Origin: a virus | IMG/VR virus record: IMGVR_UViG_3300010430_000014 | Coordinates: 1-64,000 of that record | Strand: one strand, 5' to 3' | Length of the DNA: 64,000 bases | Part shown: positions 28,234 to 37,387 of the stretch, piece by piece | How positions within the stretch are numbered: position 1 is the stretch's first letter | How the letters are laid out: every line of letters starts with the position of its first letter | Program-made: the position numbers and the translations under genes | The notes under the pieces: generated by a model | The model's database searches: none | The model's input: the letters and a program-made list of their open reading frames with translations, nothing else | What the model was told of the DNA's origin: nothing

Positions 28234-29553
28234 ATGGAAATTAAACAAGTTAAAGAATTTGGTAAAGAAGTTGGATTGAAGCTTGCTGAAATGAACAAAT
28301 TGGCAGAAGATGAATTGATCCTTGAAATCATCCGTAATGTAGAACCTAAAATCCAATACAGCAAAGAACTTGTAGCATGGTATAATGAATTGGATGATGC
28401 TTTATTTGATAAAGCTGAAGCTGAATCAGGAGCTACTTCTGATGGAGAATCAGCAGCAAATGGTGACGTTTCAATTGCCGATGTGATCGAAGTCATTGAA
28501 GGATACACAAAAGTTGCTGAATTGAAAGAAATCCTTACTGATAACGATGTTGCTCCATTATTTGCAACATTCGATCCTGCACCTTTCAAAATGCCTAAGA
28601 AGTTAAAAGCTGCAATGATTGAACATCTACAAACACCTGCTGAAAAACCTGATACCAATGGTGATGATCAAACAGAAGAAATCCTTGAATTAATCAATGA
28701 AGCTGAAGATGAGGATGGATTAGTTACAATCTATGGTGAATATCAAACTGTATTCAATGATATGGAAGTGCCAGATGATATTGATGCAGAAGCACTTCAA
28801 ACGGCAATGGTTGCTCACGTTGAATCAAAAAAAGGCACTACTCCCGAACCGGATAAACCAATTTCATTGAAAGATCGATTGGCTAATAAAGGCAAAAGCA
28901 AAAAGGACAAACCTGAAGTTGATCTTGCTGAAAAATTTGATTGGTGGACACCTGATGCTGATGGATTCAGTGTTGATGATGCATTTGCAAAAGTGGAAGA
29001 ATTGAAAATGACTGAATTGCGTCAATTTGCAAAACACATTGGTCTTTCAATTGGTGTTGGTGGTGGTAATACAAAAGATGTGATTCTTGATAAGGTTGCC
29101 AGTAAGATTCAAGAAATTACTGAAGGTGTTACTCAATCTACTACTGCCGGAGAAATTGAACTTACTGCTCAATTAATTAAAGATGCAGTAAAGGCAAAGG
29201 ATCGGGAGGCTTTAGCTGAAATGTGTGAACAAGCAGACATTCAATTGAATGCACTCCAGAAAAAATCAATCCCTGGAATGGAAAAGAAATTGCTTGAAAC
29301 AATCAAAGACAAAACTGATGATAAATCTACTACAACCAAAGGTAAAGCTAAACTATCTGCAAAAGAACCTATTTCAGATGCACAATCCGTTTATGCAATT
29401 ATGGAAGCAATGGTTCTTGAAGGTAAATCGGAAGATGCAATCACAAAGAAAGTATCTCCTATTTACAAAGAAAAAGGTCAATCAATTATCTTTATCAAAA
29501 AGCGTGTCAATACCATGACTCAGATTATTAAACTCGACAATAATCTGGAATAA
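28234..29553 (+). CDS. Large acidic multi-helical protein with Rho-N/HeH-like modules (ORF open from 27931)
   Basis: AGGAGG RBS at MEIKQ; modules such as LKMTELRQFAKHIGL, TKVAELKEIL. Confidence 0.65.
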   Translation: MEIKQVKEFGKEVGLKLAEMNKLAEDELILEIIRNVEPKIQYSKELVAWYNELDDALFDKAEAESGATSDGESAANGDVSIADVIEVIEGYTKVAELKEILTDNDVAPLFATFDPAPFKMPKKLKAAMIEHLQTPAEKPDTNGDDQTEEILELINEAEDEDGLVTIYGEYQTVFNDMEVPDDIDAEALQTAMVAHVESKKGTTPEPDKPISLKDRLANKGKSKKDKPEVDLAEKFDWWTPDADGFSVDDAFAKVEELKMTELRQFAKHIGLSIGVGGGNTKDVILDKVASKIQEITEGVTQSTTAGEIELTAQLIKDAVKAKDREALAEMCEQADIQLNALQKKSIPGMEKKLLETIKDKTDDKSTTTKGKAKLSAKEPISDAQSVYAIMEAMVLEGKSEDAITKKVSPIYKEKGQSIIFIKKRVNTMTQIIKLDNNLE

Positions 29554-29574
29554 TCTTTTAATCGATTATAACTT

Positions 29575-29607
29575 AGCAGGGGATTGAACTCTTGATCCCC
29601 TGCTTAT
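29575..29607 (+). terminator. GC-rich hairpin, likely terminator
   Basis: AGCAGGGGAT/ATCCCCTGCT stem followed by TATTAT. Confidence 0.55.
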
Positions 29608-29624
29608 TATCTCATGGTGATAAC

Positions 29625-31196
29625 ATGACTTTTTATTATCCCCTGCCTCAATCAAAACAGACCACAATTAAATATGATTGTGAAAAATGTGGACTGTATT
29701 CAAATACCAAATTAGAAACCCCTTTCTTTGAACCTATAATTGGAGAAAATTACAATGGATTGGTTATATTAGGACAGCAACCATCTAAAGATGATGATTT
29801 TAAATCAATTCCATTTTCAAATAAAAGAGCGCAATTAGTTAGAGCAACAGCATTTAAAAATGGAGTTAATCTAAAAAAAGTAAGTGCATTTGTATATGCA
29901 TTGCAATGTCATTCAGGAAAGAAAACTACTGATGTTCAATATAGATGTTGCCGTGAACGATTAAAAACTCAATTAGAAGAATTAAAACCAAAGATGGTTA
30001 TCTGCTGTGGAGAAATGGCATTTAAATCATTATTCGATCTAAAGAACAAAATCCCTCCAACAAAACTCAGAGGAAGATTAATACCTAATTTTGAATTCAA
30101 TTGCATAGTATTCACTCTACTTAATCCAAATGATGTTTATTCCTTTGACCGTCAATACTCAATTAAATTAGATATAAAACGTGCATTAAAATTTTGGGTT
30201 AAGTATAACAAACGTAAAAGTGTCAATCAATTACTTGAAGAACGTAAAATTCTAAAAGATACTCATATAATGGAAATCACAAACCCTGGAGAATTAGAAG
30301 GTTTGTTTTATTGTATTGGTAAAATGAAAAGAATAGCACTTGACTATGAAACAACCAATGTAAAACCATATGATAAATACTTTGAAATTACTCATATTCA
30401 ATTCGGTAATGCTAATAATGGATGGGTAATTAATGAATCACTTTGGAAGAACTATCCTGTCTGGAAATTAATTAAAGAATTTATGCGTCATTTTTTAACA
30501 GATCCATCAATTGAAAAGATAATCCAGAATGTTAAGTTTGAAGAAAATTGTAGTCGATGGGTTTTTGGTATTGATAAAATAATAAATACTCAAGATCCAA
30601 TGCTTGCTACTCATGTGATTGATGAACGTAGAGGATGTACTTCATTAGATTTTCAAAATTTAATTAGATTTGGAATTCCTCCTTATTCAGATACAGTTAA
30701 ATCTTTTCTTAAAAAGAAAAACAAAGATGATAAACGTAATCGAATTCGACAAGCACCATATGATGATATGATTACCTATGCCGGATTAGATGTAATTACA
30801 ACTTTTCATAATTGGCTTTTCATTGAAAAAATATTACCTATTGCTTATCCTCAAGCTAATTTCGATTACCAATTTCTACATAGAGGGCATCAATTGTTTT
30901 CTAATATGACACACAAAGGAATCAATGCAGGAAATGATGAACTGGAAGAAATTGAAACTACTTTAGTAAATCATATGGAAGATGTTTTAACACGTATTAC
31001 TCAAATTCCTGAGTTTATTGAATACAACAAATATCTGGAAGACAAAACCAATCTTAAAAGCACAAGCAATAAACAATTAAAAACACTTTCGATTAAAATG
31101 AAAGGAGATGGAAAATATGAAAAATCAATCGATAATGATGCAACAAACAATAATGAAAAAAAGAAAAAACCAATTAGAAGAAAGTTATCATTTTAA
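29625..31196 (+). CDS. polA: Split family A DNA polymerase, N-part: UDG-like domain + 3'-5' exonuclease + start of thumb
   Basis: CEKC..GQQP..LQC..CC (family-4 UDG-like); ExoI DYET, ExoII NVKFE, ExoIII YAGLD. Confidence 0.85.
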   Translation: MTFYYPLPQSKQTTIKYDCEKCGLYSNTKLETPFFEPIIGENYNGLVILGQQPSKDDDFKSIPFSNKRAQLVRATAFKNGVNLKKVSAFVYALQCHSGKKTTDVQYRCCRERLKTQLEELKPKMVICCGEMAFKSLFDLKNKIPPTKLRGRLIPNFEFNCIVFTLLNPNDVYSFDRQYSIKLDIKRALKFWVKYNKRKSVNQLLEERKILKDTHIMEITNPGELEGLFYCIGKMKRIALDYETTNVKPYDKYFEITHIQFGNANNGWVINESLWKNYPVWKLIKEFMRHFLTDPSIEKIIQNVKFEENCSRWVFGIDKIINTQDPMLATHVIDERRGCTSLDFQNLIRFGIPPYSDTVKSFLKKKNKDDKRNRIRQAPYDDMITYAGLDVITTFHNWLFIEKILPIAYPQANFDYQFLHRGHQLFSNMTHKGINAGNDELEEIETTLVNHMEDVLTRITQIPEFIEYNKYLEDKTNLKSTSNKQLKTLSIKMKGDGKYEKSIDNDATNNNEKKKKPIRRKLSF

Positions 31197-31782
31197 AGAA
31201 GAATTAGGTTCTCATTCATTTATTTACAAAGGAAAGAAAGCATTTATTTTAAACATAAATGAAAATATAACATTGATTAGTTCTTTTATGAAATATAGAA
31301 AAGAACTTTCTGATAGAACTAATTTAATTCATCAAAATAAATCAGTTAATTTTGATGATTATTATAAATTCTTATTAAATTGTATGGGAATCATTGGTAA
31401 TATGCTTGATGATGAAAAAATGGGATCTATTACTGCTTATTTAGATCATATTTGGAATGGTATAAATAAAATAATAGAAAATAAAGATATAACTAACTTT
31501 GCAAAAGCTGTGGGAGAAATATCAGACATAATTACAATGATTGATTTTGTAACTGAAAAAAGTTTAAATAAAATAGATCAATCAGATATTAAACTGGCAA
31601 TTGCTCAAGCTGCCATTAATGAATATAATCCTAATCTGGAAGTTCTTGATGTTCTTGAAATCACAGATGATGGATCAATTAAAAGATTAAAAATTAAACA
31701 AAGTGAAATGGATAAACCTGAATCAAAAGAACAACAATATGATCTTAAACATATGATACCATTGAATACAAAGGAAATCTAA
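31117..31782 (+). CDS. Hypothetical protein inserted between polymerase halves
   Basis: AAAGGAG RBS; no homing-endonuclease motif seen. Confidence 0.7.
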   Translation: MKNQSIMMQQTIMKKRKNQLEESYHFKEELGSHSFIYKGKKAFILNINENITLISSFMKYRKELSDRTNLIHQNKSVNFDDYYKFLLNCMGIIGNMLDDEKMGSITAYLDHIWNGINKIIENKDITNFAKAVGEISDIITMIDFVTEKSLNKIDQSDIKLAIAQAAINEYNPNLEVLDVLEITDDGSIKRLKIKQSEMDKPESKEQQYDLKHMIPLNTKEI

Positions 31783-32993
31783 TGATTAGTGAAGCAGACT
31801 TTAATTTCAATCTTAGATCTAATCCACAAATGCAGGAATTCTTATATGAATTTCTTGGATTGACTCCTATTACAGAACCTAATGCAAAAACAGGTAATTA
31901 TAAAACAGATGAACCGACAATCATTCATTATGCAGAAAATGAAAATATTGAATTCTGTAAATTGTTATTGCAATATAGAAAACTTAACAAAGCATTGAAT
32001 ACTTATATTGCAGATTTAAAAAGAAATATATCTGTACATGACAATCGCATTCATCATGAATTATGGTTGAATATACCTGAAACCTATCGATCAAGTTCAT
32101 CTGATCCAAATTTACACAATCAACCTAAACATGGTGATATACTCCCAAATTTAGCTTGGAAAATAATTAGAAAAGTATTTATTCGATTAGGTACAGATTG
32201 GTTTTTATGTGAATTTGATTATGATGGTGCAGAAGTTAAAGTTGCAGGTATGTTAAGCAATGATCCACAAATGATTGAAGATCTAAACAATGATTTAGAC
32301 ATGCATTCACATTGGGCAATTAGATTATTCGGAATTAAAGGATTGTCTTATACACAAATAAAAGAACAACATGAAGTAGAGAGGTTTTTAGCCAAAAATA
32401 ATTTCACCTTTGCAAATTTCTTTGGTGCAGGATTTAAATCAATTGCAGAAGAAATGCGAAAAAATGATTTTTATAAAAATTATATTCATTCAATTTACAA
32501 TCAACGTGCAACAAAATTAGAAACATTCGATACTTACTTTGTTAATTATTCAATCAATCATATACAAAAGTGTCAAAATCAATTTTGGGATAGATACACT
32601 GTTTATAAAAAATGGCAAGAATTTTTAATTGACAGTTATTACAAAAAAGGATATGTAGAAAATCCTTTTGGATTTAGAAGAAGATATCCATTAACTTATA
32701 ATGAAGTAATTAATTTTCCAATTCAGTCTTCTTCATTTTTATTATTACTTGATTCTTTAATTCAAATTGAAGATGAACTGATGAAAGGAGGTTGGGAATC
32801 ACATTTAATCAATCAGATTCATGACTCAGGTATGGGAAATGTCTATAAGTATGAAGCAGGAGATTTCATTGATATGGTAGATAATAAAATGATTTATAAA
32901 CCTCATTTACAATGGACTACCAAAGTCAAAATGAAAACTGATTGGGAATTCGGCAAAAACTGGCTCGATATGAAAAAAATTAAAACCAATTAA
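31782..32993 (+). CDS. polA: Split family A DNA polymerase, catalytic C-part
   Basis: FNLRSNPQ, RSSSSDPNLHN, motif A DYDGAEVK, motif B R..AK..F..FFG, motif C QIHDS. Confidence 0.92.
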   Translation: MISEADFNFNLRSNPQMQEFLYEFLGLTPITEPNAKTGNYKTDEPTIIHYAENENIEFCKLLLQYRKLNKALNTYIADLKRNISVHDNRIHHELWLNIPETYRSSSSDPNLHNQPKHGDILPNLAWKIIRKVFIRLGTDWFLCEFDYDGAEVKVAGMLSNDPQMIEDLNNDLDMHSHWAIRLFGIKGLSYTQIKEQHEVERFLAKNNFTFANFFGAGFKSIAEEMRKNDFYKNYIHSIYNQRATKLETFDTYFVNYSINHIQKCQNQFWDRYTVYKKWQEFLIDSYYKKGYVENPFGFRRRYPLTYNEVINFPIQSSSFLLLLDSLIQIEDELMKGGWESHLINQIHDSGMGNVYKYEAGDFIDMVDNKMIYKPHLQWTTKVKMKTDWEFGKNWLDMKKIKTN

Positions 32994-33009
32994 ACAAACG
33001 AAAGGAGTA

Positions 33010-34506
33010 ATGCTTATGTTAAACTTAACTAACTATCAAAAGGCAGGGTATGGTTGTGTGTTTGTCGAAACAATGGAAATTAAACGTGCAATCAAATCAA
33101 TTGAAATCGATGAACCATTTAAGAAAAAAATCTGGAGTCCTATTCGGGGCATCATCAATGATATGCACCAATTCGATAAAGATCAACCAATAAGTCCAAT
33201 TGATGTTCTTCGATTATCTGTCGGACAACAGGAAGATGGATCATTTGGCAATGCTCCACAAAACACCGCTTTTATTTTGGAAAATTTCGATGAATTCATT
33301 GAACAATTCGATGTAGTCCAGACTATCCTTGATATTTATGATCTATTAAAAGCCAATGCTACCATGATTATTATGGTGGGATCTAATGCAGAGGCGATTC
33401 CCTCCAAACTTAAAGAATTCATCCCTGTTGAAAAATTTGAATTACCAAATGATGAAGAAATCAAATTGATTGCTGATGGTATTGCCGAATCTTCAATTGA
33501 AGAATTAGGTGATAGCTATAAGGATAAATTTACAGTTAACAATTCAGTAATTGAAGCATTCAAAGGGTTGACTTGGGAAGAAATTGAAAACGCAGCAGCT
33601 AAATCAGCAGTTGAAACCCGATCATTCGATTATCGTCATATCATGGATCGTAAAGCAATGGTAATTAAAAAGACCGGATTCATGCAATTCATTGAACCTG
33701 AACCATTGGAAAATCTTGGTGGTCTGGATGAGTACAAAGAATATTGGCAATTAAGATCAGAACCTTTCCTTAATGAATCATCCAATAAGCCTAAAGTCAA
33801 AGCTATCCTTTGTGCCGGATACCCTGGAACTGGAAAAACACTTGCTGCTAAAGTCCTTTGTTCTATTCTCAATTGGCCTGGGATCTTATTCGACATTGGT
33901 GCAATTAAAGAGGGTATTGTAGGTGAAACTGAGAAGAAGATGCGTAGAGCAACATATACAATTGATTCCATTGGAAGATGCGTAATCATTATGGATGAAA
34001 TTGAAAAGTTCTTTGGATCTGAAAGTAATACAATGGACAGTGGTGTTCAATCAGGAATGCTTGGACATATGCTTACATGGATGCAAGAAAGACAATCTGA
34101 AGGTATTCTATTTGGAACGGCAAATAAACTCGATGCACTTCCACCTGAATTCAAAAGAGCAGGTGGTCGATGGGATACTATCTTCTTTGTTAATTTACCT
34201 AATCCTAATGAAGTCAAAAAGATAATTGAAATTCACAATCGAAAATATAATGCTGATGTTCAAACAGATAATAAATTTTGCGCTCAATTATCTAATGATG
34301 GATGGTCTGGAGCAGAAATTGAACAATTGGTTAAAGATTCTCATTATGAACCAATTGAAGAAGCAATGATACATATTCCTGTTCTTTCCAAACATGAAGC
34401 TAAAAAGTTTCAAAGAACAAGAGAACAAGCACAATTGTTTCGATGGGCTAATGAAAAGAAAGAAACAACAGAAGTTAAAAAACCCCGAAAAATTAAACTT
34501 CAGTAA
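33010..34506 (+). CDS. Ycf46-like AAA+ ATPase
   Basis: Degenerate N-terminal AAA, LGGL, GYPGTGKT, MDEIEK, ANKLDALPPEFKRAGGRWD. Confidence 0.88.
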   Translation: MLMLNLTNYQKAGYGCVFVETMEIKRAIKSIEIDEPFKKKIWSPIRGIINDMHQFDKDQPISPIDVLRLSVGQQEDGSFGNAPQNTAFILENFDEFIEQFDVVQTILDIYDLLKANATMIIMVGSNAEAIPSKLKEFIPVEKFELPNDEEIKLIADGIAESSIEELGDSYKDKFTVNNSVIEAFKGLTWEEIENAAAKSAVETRSFDYRHIMDRKAMVIKKTGFMQFIEPEPLENLGGLDEYKEYWQLRSEPFLNESSNKPKVKAILCAGYPGTGKTLAAKVLCSILNWPGILFDIGAIKEGIVGETEKKMRRATYTIDSIGRCVIIMDEIEKFFGSESNTMDSGVQSGMLGHMLTWMQERQSEGILFGTANKLDALPPEFKRAGGRWDTIFFVNLPNPNEVKKIIEIHNRKYNADVQTDNKFCAQLSNDGWSGAEIEQLVKDSHYEPIEEAMIHIPVLSKHEAKKFQRTREQAQLFRWANEKKETTEVKKPRKIKLQ

Positions 34507-34507
34507 A

Positions 34508-34792
34508 ATGAATAAATATATACAACAATATTGGACAATTGATTATGAAGATCCTGATCCATATCGAATATTAAAATGTCCTAATCCTAAATGTGGACAT
34601 GAACAAGCAGAAACAAAATGGGTAGGATGGCATTCAATGGAAATTGAAGCTAAATGTCCTAAATGTAAATGTGTTTATCTACATGATTGTGAAACAGGAG
34701 CAAGTGATTTAATTTTTGTTAAAAATATAATGACATTAAAACAAAAATTAAATGCAATTAAATTTAAATACCAATTAGAAAAAGGAGATTGA
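34508..34792 (+). CDS. Zn-ribbon hypothetical protein
   Basis: CPNPKC..CPKC. Confidence 0.65.
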   Translation: MNKYIQQYWTIDYEDPDPYRILKCPNPKCGHEQAETKWVGWHSMEIEAKCPKCKCVYLHDCETGASDLIFVKNIMTLKQKLNAIKFKYQLEKGD

Positions 34793-34793
34793 T

Positions 34794-35234
34794 ATGTCAC
34801 ATAATGAAATAATTGATTTAGAAATAGGTGATCTCAAAGTATTAGCTGCAACAGTTAAACGAATGAATGGCGAATTGATACTTAATAAAAAAACCTATCG
34901 TTGGTATGGACATAATGTTGGTGATTACCCTTTACCGGAAGGTGTTAAAGCAGAAGATCTTGGCAAATGTAAACATGCAATTGTATTTCCTGATATTGAT
35001 TATCAAGTCGGAGTAATTGAATCTCGATCTAAAAAAGGAGCATATGAATTACTTTGGGATTTTTATGATCGTCAATTGAAAGAAAGAATGGGAGGAGAAA
35101 AAGGAATTGCACTTATTCAACATTATACAATGGTAAAAGCTAAAAATGCTGCTACTCAAAAAGGTAAAATATGTCGTGAATCAATGATTAAAACCAAAAC
35201 AGGAATCAAACGCAAAATAGTAATCAACGTATAA
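34794..35234 (+). CDS. DUF1257 (Ycf35-like) protein
   Basis: MSH..I..EI.DL..L, YRWYG, Y.L.WDFY; next to Ycf46-like AAA. Confidence 0.75.
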   Translation: MSHNEIIDLEIGDLKVLAATVKRMNGELILNKKTYRWYGHNVGDYPLPEGVKAEDLGKCKHAIVFPDIDYQVGVIESRSKKGAYELLWDFYDRQLKERMGGEKGIALIQHYTMVKAKNAATQKGKICRESMIKTKTGIKRKIVINV

Positions 35235-35245
35235 AGGAGTCAATT

Positions 35246-35449
35246 ATGCAAAAACAAATAATCATAGAAGTCGATGAAAATGGAAAGATCAATTTTGAAA
35301 CTGACGGATTTGTTGGGCCAGAATGCGTTAATAATGATATAGTCAATCATATTAAAAATGCATTAGGCAATGGACTTGGGCCAGATCTTAAACCTATATT
35401 TTATCAGAAAGGTCAAACAAAAACAGTTCATAAAAATCTCTGTGGTTAA
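35246..35449 (+). CDS. DUF2997 protein
   Basis: IIIEVDENGKI.FETDGFVGPEC...LG...KP.FY. Confidence 0.85.
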   Translation: MQKQIIIEVDENGKINFETDGFVGPECVNNDIVNHIKNALGNGLGPDLKPIFYQKGQTKTVHKNLCG

Positions 35450-35477
35450 ACATAAAACAGGGGAATCATACTTTCAA

Positions 35478-36020
35478 ATGGATCTTTATAAAGTTATATT
35501 TATTATACCCTCAACTGGCAATCGAATTATATTTGATCAAGTTCAAGCTGAAGTTGAAATACAAGAAAAAAATTATGAACATAAAAATGCATTTGGTGCA
35601 ATTGATGCTATAATACCATTATCGCATTATTTAGATATTGTTCTTACAATACATCATCATGATATAGCTCAATTGAATGAAGTTAAAGGACAATTATATT
35701 CAGAAGAATTATATCTTCATTTTAAAGATGCTCATCCTTGTTTAATTCGTGGAACAGTAAGAGCAATGACATTTGATAATCATAATGCAACAGTTAGATT
35801 CAAGGGTAATACAATTGATAAAACTTACGATGATTATATTACAGAAGCAACTACTCAATTAAATGAAGCTTTTGAATATACTTTAGAATCAGAAAATCCA
35901 ATTGACGATGGTAAAACAGATTTTGATGAATGGAAAGAAGGTACAATTGTGAGTAAAGGAATAAATCAAGCAGATAAAGAAAAGAAAGGTAAAGTAATTA
36001 AACGCAAACTTACTTTTTAA
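35478..36020 (+). CDS. Hypothetical protein ending KRKLTF
   Basis: Open frame; start inferred at ATG 35478. Confidence 0.6.
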   Translation: MDLYKVIFIIPSTGNRIIFDQVQAEVEIQEKNYEHKNAFGAIDAIIPLSHYLDIVLTIHHHDIAQLNEVKGQLYSEELYLHFKDAHPCLIRGTVRAMTFDNHNATVRFKGNTIDKTYDDYITEATTQLNEAFEYTLESENPIDDGKTDFDEWKEGTIVSKGINQADKEKKGKVIKRKLTF

Positions 36021-36037
36021 AAGAAAGGAATAATGCT

Positions 36038-36931
36038 ATGCCGAAAATATCAAAAAACAAAAGCAATGAAATTAATATTTTTGACCTTGGAACCTTATGC
36101 CAATTTGAAACTCATTCATGGCAAGCACGTAAAACCATACCTAAAGAGATTAAAGAACGAATGACTGAAGAAACTGAATGGGTATCTGGTTTTAGACGAT
36201 TAATTAAAAAGGAACGTCTACAACCAATCAATTCAGTCATTACTTCAGTTCGGAACTATATTTGGGATATCTCTTTGGAATTTCCAATTAAATCCGTTCA
36301 TTTCATTTCCAATCAAGTTACAGAAGAAGCAGACATTAAACTCAGGGCATATGTTAAAATGCTTAAAAAAGAAGTTAATCTATTTGCCAAAGACTATGAC
36401 AAATGGATTAAGGAATCTGAAAAAGCCTTAAAGAAAGACGGATTATTCGATAAGGGATTATATCCAATGAATGTTAGGAATTTATATTCAATTGAATGGA
36501 GATGGTTTGACATGACTATCCCTGCCGGAATTACTGATGAGATGTATAAGGTTGAATCTGATCGTATTCAAAATATGATGGATGAAACAAGGCATAACTG
36601 CATTATCGCAATGCGTGAAGGATTTGGTCAATTGGTAATGCATTTAACCGATACTCTGAATGGTAAATTGGATGGTGAAAAGCGCAGGGTCAGACCTGAA
36701 TCATTGGAAAAGATTGACAAGTTCTTTGAAACCTTCAAATACAAAAATATATTCAATGATAATCAATTGCAAGGTATAGTTACTCAAGCTAAAGATCTGT
36801 TGTCTGATGTAACTCCTAAAGATATTCGCAATGATGAATCATTGACCAAATTGATTCATTCTGAATTAAGTGATATGCAAAATGAACTTTCTAAAGCAAC
36901 TGAAACATATAAACGTAAGTTAACCTTTTAG
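36038..36931 (+). CDS. DUF3150-like protein ending KRKLTF
   Basis: W...K...RRLI, F...Y.....E, YP...R..Y...W pattern; context with AAA/DUF1257/DUF2997. Confidence 0.6.
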   Translation: MPKISKNKSNEINIFDLGTLCQFETHSWQARKTIPKEIKERMTEETEWVSGFRRLIKKERLQPINSVITSVRNYIWDISLEFPIKSVHFISNQVTEEADIKLRAYVKMLKKEVNLFAKDYDKWIKESEKALKKDGLFDKGLYPMNVRNLYSIEWRWFDMTIPAGITDEMYKVESDRIQNMMDETRHNCIIAMREGFGQLVMHLTDTLNGKLDGEKRRVRPESLEKIDKFFETFKYKNIFNDNQLQGIVTQAKDLLSDVTPKDIRNDESLTKLIHSELSDMQNELSKATETYKRKLTF

Positions 36932-36941
36932 GAGTTACCTA

Positions 36942-37385
36942 ATGGCATATGATCCAGAATTTTCAGTTGATCGATATAACCTTGAAATTGAAGCAGAACG
37001 TCAATCAGCATTGATGCGTAAATGGACTAAACGACAAGGAAGACATAAATCATTACTCAAATCAGCACAAAAAAATCTGGATATTCTGGAAGGTGAATTA
37101 GCTGAAGAATATAGACGTAACAAAAAAACATATGGTATTCAAAAGGATACTGATCAAGTAATCTTTCGATTAATTAAAGGTGATCCTAAATATGAAACTC
37201 AATACAAAGAAGTAATAAAATATCAACGATTGTATGATGATGCTAAATCAGCAGTAGATTCAATTGTTGAGAAAGGATGGATGATTAAAGAATTGGTTAA
37301 ACTATGGTTAAATAATTATTATTCAAATCCAATTGTTAAAGAAAATGAAATTAAACCCAAACGAATTATTTTAAAGGAGGATTAA
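36942..37385 (+). CDS. UvsY-like recombination mediator
   Basis: DRYNLEIEAERQS..MRKW helical protein; next to SSB and RecA. Confidence 0.55.
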   Translation: MAYDPEFSVDRYNLEIEAERQSALMRKWTKRQGRHKSLLKSAQKNLDILEGELAEEYRRNKKTYGIQKDTDQVIFRLIKGDPKYETQYKEVIKYQRLYDDAKSAVDSIVEKGWMIKELVKLWLNNYYSNPIVKENEIKPKRIILKED

Positions 37386-37387
37386 TT

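Noticed and set aside
31117-31782. Homing endonuclease or split intein in polA
   Set aside because: No LAGLIDADG, HNH or GIY-YIG motif, and no intein C1 or HN-C/S/T junction visible
31782-32993. DpoZ (2-aminoadenine) polymerase
   Set aside because: No purZ/datZ/mazZ in the window; motif deviations alone are insufficient
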